From Cytophagaceae bacterium (GTDB taxonomy: Bacteria > Bacteroidota > Bacteroidia > Cytophagales > Spirosomataceae), in assembly GCA_043777715.1 (NCBI GenBank), contig JAYWHL010000080.1:1-32993 (forward strand): DNA of 32,993 bases. Direction: 5' to 3'. Under the pieces are notes generated by a model that searched no databases, was not told the DNA's origin, and saw only the letters and a list, made by a program, of their open reading frames with translations. Numbering within the stretch: the first letter of the stretch is position 1; the number at the start of each line of letters is the position of its first letter. Shown here one piece after another: positions 9,041 through 19,030 of the stretch. The translations under genes and the position numbers were made by a program.

Positions 9041-10905
9041 TATCTACCTAAATATATGATGATGATTGAAATATCTGATGGCGAAACACCGCTTATTCTC
9101 GAAGCCTTTCCTATTGAACTCGGTTTTATTTTCTTTAATTTTTGACGTGCTTCTATCGAAATGGCTTTTAATTTATCGTAATCAAATGTTGCTGGAATTT
9201 CAAGATTTTCAAATTTTGTTTGCTTTTCAACGTTACTCTGCTCTCTTTTTATATAGCTTTCGTATTTAATATTAATCTCGGTTTGCTCCTTTTCTTCTTC
9301 TTTAAACAACTCGTTTACCATCTCTTTTATATCCTGCCTTAAACCTATAATTTGATTTATCGAAAGCTCTGGTCTCTTTAATAAATTTATCAAATTCGTT
9401 CCCTCTTTTAATATTGTTGAATTTAATAACTCCAAACCCTCATTCACTTCCTCTGGTTTTATCTTTGTTACTTCCAAGTATATGCTTAGTTTTTGAACTT
9501 GTTCTTTTTTATGATTTACTTTTTCTAATTGCTTATTGCTCGCCAATCCTACATCAAATCCTTTTTGGGTTAATCTTATATCGGCATTATCTTGTCTTAA
9601 CAAAGTTCTGTACTCTGCTCTTGAGGTAAACATTCTATAAGGCTCGTCTGTACCTTTATTTATTAGGTCATCTATCAAAACCCCTATGTAAGCCTCGCTC
9701 CTACTCAACACAAATTTTCCTTTTTTATTTGCCTTTTGGTGAGCATTTATTCCTGCCATTAGTCCCTGACAAGCTGCTTCTTCGTACCCAGTTGTACCAT
9801 TTATTTGCCCTGCAAAAAATAAATTTTGTATTAATTTAGTTTCCAAAGTATCCTCTAATTGCGTTGGAGGAAAATAATCATATTCTATTGCGTAGCCAGG
9901 CCTAAACATTTTCACATTTTCAAAACCTGGAATCAACTTCAATGCTTGAAACTGTATTTCCTCTGGTAACGATGTCGAAAATCCATTTACATACATTTCT
10001 TCTGTATCCCAGCCTTCTGGTTCCACAAATATTTGGTGTCTGTCTTTATCTGCAAATCTATTTATTTTATCTTCAACTGAAGGGCAGTATCTCGGGCCAA
10101 GTCCTTTTATTCTTCCTGCAAACATTGGAGATTTATCAAAACCTTCTCTTAGTTTTTCATGAACTGCCTCATTAGTATAGGTTATCCAACAACTCCTTTG
10201 CTTTTCAAGGGCTTTCGTGTCCGAGTATGAAAATTTGGTTGGAATTTCATCACCTTTTTGTTCCTCCATTTTAGAATAATCCAAACTCCTACCATCTACT
10301 CTTGGTGGCGTACCTGTTTTCATTCTGCCTGATTCAAACCCTAATATTACCAATTGTTCGGTTAATCCACTTGCCGATTTTTCTGCTGTTCTTCCACCGC
10401 TAAAGTTTTTCTCCCCAATATGTATCTTGCCATTTAGGAAAGTTCCATTTGTTAATATTACAGTTTTGGCTTTTATTTCCAATCCCATTTGAGTTATTAC
10501 TCCTATCGCTTTATTATCCTCAATAATCAGATTTATAACGGTTTCTTGCCAAAAATCCACATTTTTATTCTGTTCTAGGGTATCTCTCCATTTTTTTGCA
10601 AACAACATTCTATCACTCTGACATCTAGGACTCCACATTGCCGGCCCTTTTGATTTATTCAACATTCTAAATTGTATCATTGATTCGTCTGAAATTATCC
10701 CAGATTTACCACCCAAAGCATCAATTTCTCTCACAATTTGACCTTTTGCAACGCCTCCCATTGCAGGATTGCACGACATTTGTGCAATGTTATTCATGTT
10801 CATTGTTATCAAAAGCGTCTTGCTTCCCATTGCCCCTGCGGCGTGTGCTGCCTCACACCCAGCATGGCCACCCCCCACTACGATTACATCATATAATTCA
10901 AACAT
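9040..10905 (-). CDS. mnmG: tRNA uridine-5-carboxymethylaminomethyl(34) synthesis enzyme MnmG (GidA)
   Basis: 621-aa ORF. It has the FAD-binding N-terminus YDVIVVGGGHAGCEAA, and SCNPAMGG, GPRYCPS and FFAGQINGTTGYEEAA motifs conserved along the full length. Confidence 0.97.
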   Translation of the reverse strand: MFELYDVIVVGGGHAGCEAAHAAGAMGSKTLLITMNMNNIAQMSCNPAMGGVAKGQIVREIDALGGKSGIISDESMIQFRMLNKSKGPAMWSPRCQSDRMLFAKKWRDTLEQNKNVDFWQETVINLIIEDNKAIGVITQMGLEIKAKTVILTNGTFLNGKIHIGEKNFSGGRTAEKSASGLTEQLVILGFESGRMKTGTPPRVDGRSLDYSKMEEQKGDEIPTKFSYSDTKALEKQRSCWITYTNEAVHEKLREGFDKSPMFAGRIKGLGPRYCPSVEDKINRFADKDRHQIFVEPEGWDTEEMYVNGFSTSLPEEIQFQALKLIPGFENVKMFRPGYAIEYDYFPPTQLEDTLETKLIQNLFFAGQINGTTGYEEAACQGLMAGINAHQKANKKGKFVLSRSEAYIGVLIDDLINKGTDEPYRMFTSRAEYRTLLRQDNADIRLTQKGFDVGLASNKQLEKVNHKKEQVQKLSIYLEVTKIKPEEVNEGLELLNSTILKEGTNLINLLKRPELSINQIIGLRQDIKEMVNELFKEEEKEQTEINIKYESYIKREQSNVEKQTKFENLEIPATFDYDKLKAISIEARQKLKKIKPSSIGKASRISGVSPSDISIIIIYLGR

Positions 10906-11105
10906 TTTTTAGACTTTTAAATTTAAACGTTTCACGTGGAAACCTTTTTAAAATAATATTTTTCGATTAAAATAAGAGATGTAAAATTAAAGATAAAGAA
11001 TGATAAACCAGTAAGTAAAATCATAATAAACCATAAAATTTAAGATGATTAAAGAAAATTTAAAATCATTGTGTATATTAGTACAGAAAACTTAAACAAA
11101 TAAAA

Positions 11106-12584
11106 ATGAAATACATAGGAGCAATTGACCAAGGAACAACGAGTACAAGGTTTATCGTATTTGACAAAAAAGGAAACATAATTGTATCAGCACAAAAAGA
11201 ACATGAACAGATTTTTCCGAAAGCTGGCTGGGTTGAACATAATCCAAAAGAAATTTGGGTAAATACTAAAGAAGTTATAAACGAGGGTTTGAGAAAAGGA
11301 GATTTGACAACAGATAACATTGAGGCAATCGGAATTACAAACCAACGTGAAACGGCGGTATTGTGGAATAAAACAACAGGGGAATATTATTATAATGCGA
11401 TAGTTTGGCAGGACACAAGAGTGGAAAGCATGGTGAAAGAACTACTAATAAGTGGAGTTGAACCCTTGGTAAAGAAAAAAACAGGACTGCCATTGGCAAC
11501 TTATTTTAGTGGATTAAAAATAAAATGGATTATCGAAAATGTTAAAAATATTAAGGAAGATATAGAAAAAGGAGAAGTCTGTTTTGGAAATATGGATACT
11601 TTTTTGTTGTGGAAATTGACAGGAGAATTTAAAACAGACGTTACAAATGCAAGTAGAACTCAATTAATGAATTTAGAAACACTAGATTGGGATAATGAAA
11701 TATTAGAAATATTTGGAATACCTAGGCAAATTTTACCACAAATTGTGTCTTCGAGCGAAATTTATGGTAAATGTAACGGAGTTTTAGATGGAGTTAGGGT
11801 TGCTGGTATTTTAGGAGATCAGCAAGCGGCTTTGGTTGGACAAACTTGTTTTGAAGTTGGAGAAGCAAAAAATACGTATGGTACTGGTTGTTTTATGTTG
11901 ATGAATACGGGCGAAAAAATTGTACCATCACAATACGGATTATTAACAACGGTTGCTTATAAATTTGGAAACGAACCAGCAAAATATGCTTTGGAAGGTT
12001 CGGTGGCAATAGCTGGGGCTTTGGTACAATGGTTGCGTGATAATTTGGGAATTATTGAAAAAAGTTCTGATATTGAAGAATTGGCAAAAAAGGTAGAGGA
12101 CAATGGTGGCTGTTATTTTGTGCCTGCATTTTCTGGGTTGTATGCCCCCTATTGGAAAATGGATGCAAGAGGAACGCTGGCAGGTATGACCAGATATACA
12201 AACAAATATCATATTGCAAGGGCAGCATTAGAAGCTACGGCTTTTCAAACAATGGAAGTTTTGGAAGCAATGGAAAAAGATTCAAATGTTAAGATAAAAA
12301 GTTTACAAGTTGATGGCGGAATGACGATTAATGAAATTCTGATGCAATTTCAATCAGATATTGTGGAAGTAACTGTTACTAGGCCAATTGTGATAGAAAC
12401 AACAGCACTTGGAGCAGCGTACTCAGCAGGGTTGGCGGTTGGATATTGGAGTGATTTGGATAATCTAAAACAAAATTGGGGAATAGATAAACAATGGTTT
12501 CCAAAGATGGAGGTAGAAATATTAGATGAAAAGAAAAAATATTGGAAAAAAGCGATTGAAAAATCAATGGATTGGATTGATTAG
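11106..12584 (+). CDS. glpK: glycerol kinase
   Basis: 492-aa ORF. N-terminus [22 protein letters not shown]-family motifs ITNQRET and [10 protein letters not shown], and NTYGTGCF, are present. Confidence 0.97.
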   Translation: MKYIGAIDQGTTSTRFIVFDKKGNIIVSAQKEHEQIFPKAGWVEHNPKEIWVNTKEVINEGLRKGDLTTDNIEAIGITNQRETAVLWNKTTGEYYYNAIVWQDTRVESMVKELLISGVEPLVKKKTGLPLATYFSGLKIKWIIENVKNIKEDIEKGEVCFGNMDTFLLWKLTGEFKTDVTNASRTQLMNLETLDWDNEILEIFGIPRQILPQIVSSSEIYGKCNGVLDGVRVAGILGDQQAALVGQTCFEVGEAKNTYGTGCFMLMNTGEKIVPSQYGLLTTVAYKFGNEPAKYALEGSVAIAGALVQWLRDNLGIIEKSSDIEELAKKVEDNGGCYFVPAFSGLYAPYWKMDARGTLAGMTRYTNKYHIARAALEATAFQTMEVLEAMEKDSNVKIKSLQVDGGMTINEILMQFQSDIVEVTVTRPIVIETTALGAAYSAGLAVGYWSDLDNLKQNWGIDKQWFPKMEVEILDEKKKYWKKAIEKSMDWID

Positions 12585-12602
12585 AATATACAATAAAAAT
12601 CC

Positions 12603-12610
12603 TAAATTTG
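12603..12610 (+). promoter_or_regulatory. -7 box TAAATTTG upstream of the thioredoxin-fold gene
   Basis: Exact TAnnTTTG match 41 nt upstream of the ATG at 12651. The TTG at 12577-12579 is a slightly over-spaced -33 candidate. Confidence 0.35.
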
Positions 12611-12650
12611 AGTTGGAATAAAAATCTGAAATTTAAATTTAAAAAAGATT

Positions 12651-13265
12651 ATGAAAAAAATACTGAACAATACAATCAAAATGGGAATACTAGCATTACT
12701 CCTGTTTCCGATGATGTCATTCAAAAATGAGCCACAAAAACCTATTGATGGAAATAGTAAAATACAATGGCTTACGATTGAAGAAGCATACAAAAGATGG
12801 CAAAAAGAACCTCGAAAATTTGTGATTGATGTTTATACGGATTGGTGCGGTTGGTGCAAAGTGATGGACAAAAATACTTTTATGAATCAGACGGTAGCCG
12901 ATTTTGTAAATAGGTCTTATTATCCTGTAAAACTAAACGCCGAGCAAAGAGCAGACATAACTCTAGGTACACAGGTTTATAAATTTGTTGATAATGGCCA
13001 AGGCGGTGGCGTACATCAATTGGGAGCTTCGTTACTTAATAATCAGCTAAGTTATCCAACCGTTGTATTCCTTGACGAAAAAATGGGTATGATACAACCA
13101 GTTCCAGGTTACAGAGATGCACTTGAGTTTCATCAATTACTAACTTATTTCCAAGGGAATTATAATAGGATTGAGCAATTTGATAAATACAAAACAGAAA
13201 CTTATTTACAAATATATGCCACAACCAAACCTGTTGTAGAAGCAGTTAAGGAAGCAGGTCATTGA
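12651..13265 (+). CDS. secreted thioredoxin-fold protein (CxxC)
   Basis: 204-aa ORF with a signal peptide and a DWCGWCK redox motif in a thioredoxin-like context. Confidence 0.7.
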   Translation: MKKILNNTIKMGILALLLFPMMSFKNEPQKPIDGNSKIQWLTIEEAYKRWQKEPRKFVIDVYTDWCGWCKVMDKNTFMNQTVADFVNRSYYPVKLNAEQRADITLGTQVYKFVDNGQGGGVHQLGASLLNNQLSYPTVVFLDEKMGMIQPVPGYRDALEFHQLLTYFQGNYNRIEQFDKYKTETYLQIYATTKPVVEAVKEAGH

Positions 13266-13282
13266 ATTTAAGTTAAGAAAAC

Positions 13283-13316
13283 AAAAAAAGCCATTCAAAT
13301 TTGAATGGCTTTTTTT
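13283..13316. terminator. bidirectional intrinsic terminator between convergent genes
   Basis: A7-agccattcaaa/tttgaatggct-T7 forms a perfect 11-bp palindromic stem flanked by A and T runs. It lies between the thioredoxin-fold gene (+) and the DUF349 gene (-). Confidence 0.85.
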
Positions 13317-13332
13317 GTTTTAAATCAGATTA

Positions 13333-14598
13333 CTATTCTTCTAAAAGTTTATTCAGAACATCTCTTAATTCAATCAAAATCATATCTTTTACAGCAACTT
13401 TCCTTTTTTGAGTATTTGCCTTACGTTCGGTTTCTTGGTCAAGTTTAGCTCCTGGGTAAGCATAAGCATCGAGTTCGTTTTTCTCTTTTTTAACCAAATA
13501 ATCCATTTGATGAATTTGGATTTTGAGTTGGTCTCTTTTCGGTTTATCCAAAAAATCGGGGTGTCTATAACTAATTACACGCATGAGATAATTCATCTCA
13601 AAAACTTTATCACAAGCAATTCTAAAACGATTTGAGAGAGCGTAATCTATATCACGGGTTTTGAGCGTAAGTTTTTTCCAATCGTTTAGTAAGGCCTTAG
13701 CACGGTCGGCGGCAACATTAATATCTGGACGATATGGTAACGATTCGGCTTCGGTTGCCATTTTTTGTGCTTCTTCCAAGAATGGATTAACCCTTGGCTT
13801 AGGCGTAATCCCTTTAACTTTGTTGTATCTCCAAAAGAAGTTATCGTTTGCTCGCTTAAACATTCTCCACAAATCTTTTTTGCGTTTTGGCGGGAGGTCA
13901 GACGGAAGCGTTCGGTATTGTTGTTGAATCTTTTTGATTTCTTCAAATCCAGCATCTACATCAGGAGAATTTCTTAATTCCTCTACCCTTTTGATGAGCG
14001 TTTCAGCAAAAGCGATGTATTCGTCAATCTTTCTATTTTTCTCGATAAAGAACTCCCTCCTATTTTGAAAAAAAGTATCAGTGTGTAACTGAAACTGGCC
14101 TTCAACTTCTTCTTCGTATTGTTTTTCGACGGGGCCAGTTTTCAACCATTTATTTTTCAGTTCGGCCATTTCTTCAGAAGCGATATTCCAGTCGGTTCTT
14201 TCCGAAATTACCCTAACGTCTTCAACCAAGGCTCGTTTAATTTCTAAATTCTTTACTTGGTTATTATTAATCAAACCTTTCAAGTCTATTTCCAAAACAT
14301 CTAGCTTTTCGAGCAAAGGTATAAAGTTGCCTAGACCGTCAAACTCTATCAAAACTTTACGTAATTGTAAAAGTTTGGTTAGATAAGACCCTTTGTTTTG
14401 AGCTTCTTCAACTTGTTGATGTAATAAATCTACTTTACCCTCGGCAATTGAAAAACGATTTCTAAAATATTGAAGTGCTTCTTCGGGCGTTCGGCGAACT
14501 TCGCCAATTTGTCTATCAGGAAAACCTGAATAACCATTTAAAAAAACAAGGCCGTCTTTAATGTAGCCAAATTCATCTTGGATTTGAATATTTTCCAT
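13333..14598 (-). CDS. DUF349-like helical repeat protein
   Basis: 421-aa highly charged helical ORF. It has recurring W/F-containing repeat units (NKWLKTGPV...QF, DLWRMFKRANDNFFWRY, LLNDWKKL) resembling DUF349 repeats. Confidence 0.55.
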   Translation of the reverse strand: MENIQIQDEFGYIKDGLVFLNGYSGFPDRQIGEVRRTPEEALQYFRNRFSIAEGKVDLLHQQVEEAQNKGSYLTKLLQLRKVLIEFDGLGNFIPLLEKLDVLEIDLKGLINNNQVKNLEIKRALVEDVRVISERTDWNIASEEMAELKNKWLKTGPVEKQYEEEVEGQFQLHTDTFFQNRREFFIEKNRKIDEYIAFAETLIKRVEELRNSPDVDAGFEEIKKIQQQYRTLPSDLPPKRKKDLWRMFKRANDNFFWRYNKVKGITPKPRVNPFLEEAQKMATEAESLPYRPDINVAADRAKALLNDWKKLTLKTRDIDYALSNRFRIACDKVFEMNYLMRVISYRHPDFLDKPKRDQLKIQIHQMDYLVKKEKNELDAYAYPGAKLDQETERKANTQKRKVAVKDMILIELRDVLNKLLEE

Positions 14599-14924
14599 GG
14601 ATTAGATGTGATAAGTTGATGGGTTAGAAAAATAATAGGTAACGTAAACTAATAAAACGTTTTAAAAATATATGAGTTAAATGACAATAAAGTTTTTTGG
14701 AAATAACGTGTTGAGTTTTTTATAACACAAAAAAAAGAGGAGAATAAAAATTTTAAATTATTTTTAGTAGAAAGGTCGAAGAAAGACTCAGAATTTAGAC
14801 CCGAAACCCATGAAAACTAAAATAAAACCTCAATTTTGAAAAAAACAGTAAAAACAAGCAACATCGAAACCAATAACTTTCCATTTTTGCAATAATATTA
14901 CAAATAAATAAAAAATAATACTAA

Positions 14925-16592
14925 ATGAGTAACGAAACGATTATATTTTCGATGGAAAGGGTCAATAAAGTGATTCCTCCACAAAAACAAATCCTTAAAA
15001 ACATCTATTTATCCTTTTTTTATGGTGCAAAAATTGGCGTACTGGGCTTGAACGGCTCGGGAAAATCGACACTATTAAGAGTAATTGCTGGTATTGATAA
15101 AGCCATTACGGGAGACGTAGTTTTTTCGACGGGCTACACCGTAGGAATGCTGGAGCAAGAACCGCAACTTGACCCCACCAAAACAGTAAAAGAAATTGTG
15201 GAAGAGGGCGTTCAAGAAATCGTAAATTTATTAAAAGAGTTTGACGAAATAAATGAAAAATTTGCCGAACCCGATGCAGACTTTGATAAATTATTAGAAA
15301 GACAAGGCGAAGTTCAAGAAAAGCTAGACCACCTAGATGCTTGGGATTTGGATAGTCGCTTGGAGCGAGCCATGGACGCCCTCCGTTGCCCACCTTCAGA
15401 GGCCAACGTAGCCAACCTATCAGGAGGAGAAAAACGAAGAGTGGCTTTGTGTAGATTATTGTTACAACAACCAGACGTACTTTTATTAGACGAACCTACT
15501 AACCATTTAGATGCCGAATCGGTTTTATGGTTAGAAGAACACCTTAGGCAATATAAAGGAACGGTAATTGCCGTAACCCACGATAGGTATTTTTTGGACA
15601 ATGTAGCTGGTTGGATTTTGGAACTTGACCGTGGCGAAGGAATACCATGGAAAGGAAATTATTCGTCTTGGTTAGAGCAAAAACAAAATAGATTGGCCAA
15701 AGAAGAAAAACAGGAGTCGAAACGTCAAAAAACCCTACAACGAGAATTGGAATGGGTGAGAATGGGCCCCAAAGGCAGGCAAGCAAAATCGAAAGCAAGG
15801 CTTGGGGCTTACGAAAGGTTGATGTCGGAAGAAGCCCGCCAGCAGGACGATAAGCTAGAAATTTATATACCCGCAGGCCCAAGGCTTGGCACAAAAGTAA
15901 TAGAGGTACAAAATGTGTCAAAATCGTATGGAGATAAGTTACTGTTTGAAAACCTGAGTTTCTCGTTGCCGCAAGCAGGAATTGTGGGCGTGATTGGCCC
16001 AAATGGAGCAGGGAAAAGCACATTATTCAAACTAATAACTGGCCAAGCCCAACCCGACGGCGGAACATTTGAAGTTGGGGAAACCGTGAAAATGGCGTAC
16101 CTCGACCAACTGCATGATAGCCTTAAACCAGAGCAAAGTGTGTATCAAGCAATATCGGGAGGTAACGACCCGATGCTACTGGGTACAAAAATGGTAAATG
16201 CCAGAGCTTATGTAAGTAAGTTTATGTTTGCTGGGGCAGACCAAGAGAAAAAGATTGGCGTACTTTCGGGCGGAGAAAGAAACAGAGTACACCTTTCGAT
16301 GATGTTGAAAGAAGGTGCAAATCTCTTACTTTTGGACGAACCCACCAACGACCTTGATGTAAACACTCTAAGAGCATTAGAAGAAGGTCTTGAAAATTTT
16401 GCTGGTTGTGCCGTTGTTATTTCTCACGATAGGTGGTTTTTGGACAGAGTAGCGACACATATTTTAGCATTTGAAGGAGATTCACAAATTTATTTCTTTG
16501 AAGGCAATTTTAGTGATTATGAAGAAAACCGTAGAAAAAGATTAGGCAACGACCTCACTCCCAAAAGAATAAAATACAAAAAACTAATATAA
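14925..16592 (+). CDS. ettA: energy-dependent translational throttle ABC-F ATPase EttA
   Basis: 555-aa ORF, collinear from memory with E. coli EttA. Shared segments include ILKNIYLSFFYGAKIGVLGLNGSGKSTLLR, LSGGEKRRVALCRLLL, THDRYFLDNVAGWILELDRGEGIPWKGNYSSWLEQK, the second NBD GPNGAGKST and ISHDRWFLDR. Confidence 0.95.
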   Translation: MSNETIIFSMERVNKVIPPQKQILKNIYLSFFYGAKIGVLGLNGSGKSTLLRVIAGIDKAITGDVVFSTGYTVGMLEQEPQLDPTKTVKEIVEEGVQEIVNLLKEFDEINEKFAEPDADFDKLLERQGEVQEKLDHLDAWDLDSRLERAMDALRCPPSEANVANLSGGEKRRVALCRLLLQQPDVLLLDEPTNHLDAESVLWLEEHLRQYKGTVIAVTHDRYFLDNVAGWILELDRGEGIPWKGNYSSWLEQKQNRLAKEEKQESKRQKTLQRELEWVRMGPKGRQAKSKARLGAYERLMSEEARQQDDKLEIYIPAGPRLGTKVIEVQNVSKSYGDKLLFENLSFSLPQAGIVGVIGPNGAGKSTLFKLITGQAQPDGGTFEVGETVKMAYLDQLHDSLKPEQSVYQAISGGNDPMLLGTKMVNARAYVSKFMFAGADQEKKIGVLSGGERNRVHLSMMLKEGANLLLLDEPTNDLDVNTLRALEEGLENFAGCAVVISHDRWFLDRVATHILAFEGDSQIYFFEGNFSDYEENRRKRLGNDLTPKRIKYKKLI

Positions 16593-16611
16593 AACCCTTA
16601 ACAAAACAATC

Positions 16612-17040
16612 ATGGAAATTTTATTAACCCTCCACTCCTACCTCCGTTATGTGATTATTGCCTTGGCTGGATACACATTGGTAAAAGCAATAATGAACAA
16701 ATCAGAATTTGAAGAAAGCCAACGCAAAAGCACCCTATTTTTGATGGTTAGTAGCGACATCATGTTATTGATTGGCCTCGTACTTTATTTTGGAAATGGC
16801 TGGTTTCAGCAATTGACAACAAACCCTGATGCAATGAAAGATGCCAGCATCAGAAAATTTTCGCTAGAACACGCCCTACTAATGATTATCGCTTGGGTGC
16901 TGGTACACGTGGCCTATGCCAAAGTAAAAAAAGGCGTTGGCACAATCAAGGCCAACAAAACAGTAATGATATTTGTAGGTTTGGCCACAGTAATTGTTTT
17001 GGTAGCCATACCTTGGACCATGAGACCAGCCTTTAGATAA
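16612..17040 (+). CDS. small integral membrane protein, function unknown
   Basis: 142-aa ORF with about 4 predicted hydrophobic helices. It is tightly spaced between ettA and the acyl-CoA dehydrogenase gene on the same strand. Confidence 0.5.
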   Translation: MEILLTLHSYLRYVIIALAGYTLVKAIMNKSEFEESQRKSTLFLMVSSDIMLLIGLVLYFGNGWFQQLTTNPDAMKDASIRKFSLEHALLMIIAWVLVHVAYAKVKKGVGTIKANKTVMIFVGLATVIVLVAIPWTMRPAFR

Positions 17041-17074
17041 TCAGAAGAGACCATCAACAAACAACAAGAAAAAT

Positions 17075-18298
17075 ATGGAAGATTTATTTGCAACGGATAG
17101 ACTACGTGAGATTTTACCAAAAATAGAGAAATTTTTAAAAGAAGAAATATATCCACTCGAACCAATCTTTTTGGGAAAACCGTTCTCGGCTGCAGCCAAA
17201 ATACTGGACCAAAAAAGAGAAAAGGTCAAAGAAATGGGTTTATGGGGAATGCAGTGGAGCGAAGCAGAAGGAGGCCTAGGTTTATCGCTTTGCGAGTTTG
17301 GCCAAGTGTCAGAAATGTTGGCCACCACGCCTATGGGGCATTATGCTTTTAATTGCCAAGCACCAGACATTGGCAATATGGAGTTGATACACAAATTTGC
17401 ATCTGACGAAATAAAACACAAATATCTTGAACCCCTAAAAGCAGGGAAAATCCGCTCGTGTTTTTCGATGACCGAGCCAGAGTTTGCAGGCTCTAACCCT
17501 ATAAACCTAGGAACTACGGCTGTAAGAGACGGAGACCATTATGTAATTAATGGCCACAAGTGGTTTACATCGTCGGCTGATGGAGCGGCTTTTGCCGTAG
17601 TAATGGCCGTAACCAACCCCGAAGCTGCCCCGCACCGAAGGGCAAGCCAAATCATCGTACCAACTGATACCCCAGGGTTTAAGATTGTTAGAAATATCAG
17701 TATTATGGGTGACGAAAGCGACCATTGGGCAAGCCATGCCGAAGTAACCTATACAAACGTAAGAGTACCCGTAACCAATCTGATTGGAGGCGAAGGAATG
17801 GGTTTTGCATTGGCACAAGAACGCCTCGGCCCAGGAAGAATACACCATTGTATGCGTTGGATTGGAACATCGGAAAGATGCTTTGAAATGATGTGCAAGA
17901 GAGCAGTGGAAAGAGACATGGGCGATGGCACAATGCTTGGCGAAAAACAATTCGTACAAGGCTGGATTGCAGAAAGCCGTGCCGAAATAGACGCCGCAAG
18001 GCTGATGGTTTTGAGAGCTGCCCGAAACATAGATAAATTTGGAGCTGCGGCCGTAAGAGACCAAATATCAATGATAAAGTTTTTTGTGGCCAATATCATG
18101 CTCAAAGTAGTAGATAGGGCTATTCAAACACATGGGGCGTATGGCATAACAGATGACCTATTACTTTCGTTTTATTACCGCCACGAAAGAGGGGCTAGAA
18201 TCTATGACGGAGCAGACGAAGTACATAAAACATCGTTGGCTAGGGCCATACTAAAAGACTATGGCCTAGATATAAGAAGGAAGAAATCAGAAAAATAG
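17075..18298 (+). CDS. acyl-CoA dehydrogenase family protein
   Basis: 407-aa ORF with ACAD-type segments (CFSMTEPEFAGSNP, INGHKWFTS, QTHGAYGITDD, RIYDGADEVH). Confidence 0.9.
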   Translation: MEDLFATDRLREILPKIEKFLKEEIYPLEPIFLGKPFSAAAKILDQKREKVKEMGLWGMQWSEAEGGLGLSLCEFGQVSEMLATTPMGHYAFNCQAPDIGNMELIHKFASDEIKHKYLEPLKAGKIRSCFSMTEPEFAGSNPINLGTTAVRDGDHYVINGHKWFTSSADGAAFAVVMAVTNPEAAPHRRASQIIVPTDTPGFKIVRNISIMGDESDHWASHAEVTYTNVRVPVTNLIGGEGMGFALAQERLGPGRIHHCMRWIGTSERCFEMMCKRAVERDMGDGTMLGEKQFVQGWIAESRAEIDAARLMVLRAARNIDKFGAAAVRDQISMIKFFVANIMLKVVDRAIQTHGAYGITDDLLLSFYYRHERGARIYDGADEVHKTSLARAILKDYGLDIRRKKSEK

Positions 18299-18305
18299 TG
18301 ATTGG

Positions 18306-18344
18306 GGCAAATGGATTAAAGAATAGTCTATTTGCCTCTTTTTG
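18306..18344 (+). terminator. probable intrinsic terminator after the acyl-CoA dehydrogenase gene
   Basis: Stem ggcaaat (18306-18312) pairs with atttgcc (18330-18336), followed by tctttttg. Confidence 0.45.
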
Positions 18345-18385
18345 ATTTCTTAGATTCAATTAATTAGAAAATAGATTCCATAAAA

Positions 18386-19006
18386 ATGAAAATTTATTTA
18401 GTAGCTATTCTGTTGATTATCAGCAAATTAAGTTTTGGACAAAGCAATGATTACGACCCAGATTTGGCTGCCGATTTTGCAATTAATCAAGGAAAAATAG
18501 CCCCAAATTTTGTGTTGGAAGATAATACTGGAAAAAAAGTAGCATTGTCGGAATTTAAAGGCAAAACTGTTTATCTACATTTTTGGGCAGATTGGTGCGG
18601 CGTGTGCATAGGCGAACTCCCAGCATTGAAGGAACTGTACGAACGCCAAAAAAATGACGATTTGGTATTTATTAACATCGTAATAGATTCTGAAAAAGAA
18701 AACTGGAAAAAGTTAATCAATCAGTACCAAATACCTGGCATTAATTTGTTTGACAACAAAAAAAGCAATGACAAAACCAGAAGCGATGCTGTTTATGGAT
18801 ATTCAGTAGCACCAGCTTATGTTTTGATAGACAAAACAGGAAAAATACTAGGCCATGATGTACCCGCCCCCGACGAAGATATATTTGCAGATTGGGTAAT
18901 TGCCCAAGCCCAAAAGGGTATCCCTACCCGTAAGGCTTATGAACTTTATGCCAAAAATAATTCGGAATATACCAAATGGCTAAAAGGCTATATGAGCAAG
19001 CTCTAA
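18386..19006 (+). CDS. TlpA/ResA-like thiol-disulfide oxidoreductase (secreted)
   Basis: 206-aa ORF with a signal peptide. It has FWADWCGVC in a peroxiredoxin/TlpA-like context (FKGKTVYLHFWADWCGVCIGELP). Confidence 0.8.
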   Translation: MKIYLVAILLIISKLSFGQSNDYDPDLAADFAINQGKIAPNFVLEDNTGKKVALSEFKGKTVYLHFWADWCGVCIGELPALKELYERQKNDDLVFINIVIDSEKENWKKLINQYQIPGINLFDNKKSNDKTRSDAVYGYSVAPAYVLIDKTGKILGHDVPAPDEDIFADWVIAQAQKGIPTRKAYELYAKNNSEYTKWLKGYMSKL

Positions 19007-19030
19007 AATATTTTCCAATCCAAAAATGCC

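Noticed and set aside
10929-10943. gtttc-acgtg-gaaac hairpin with a CACGTG core in the divergent mnmG/glpK promoter region
   Set aside because: It has only a 5-bp stem and occurs once. It could be a regulator site, but the evidence is too thin to call.
14681-14725. 14-codon upstream ORF (MTIKFFGNNVLSFL) plus a weak hairpin in the 326-bp leader region of ettA, considered as an ABC-F style attenuation leader
   Set aside because: It lies 200 nt from the ettA start. The hairpin is only 5 bp. There is no terminator/antiterminator pair. EttA-type housekeeping ABC-F genes are not known to use leader-peptide attenuation. An ATG followed by a short frame is expected by chance in AT-rich DNA.
15106-16023. 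Antisense ORFs (95, 95 and 159 aa) inside ettA
   Set aside because: They lie opposite a near full-length EttA match. Their composition is typical of shadow ORFs.
17507-18105. Three long antisense ORFs (185, 122 and 118 aa) inside the acyl-CoA dehydrogenase gene
   Set aside because: The sense frame has unambiguous ACAD motifs. The antisense frames are Ser/Arg/Cys-rich with no motifs. Long stop-free antisense frames are expected in this locally more GC-rich gene.
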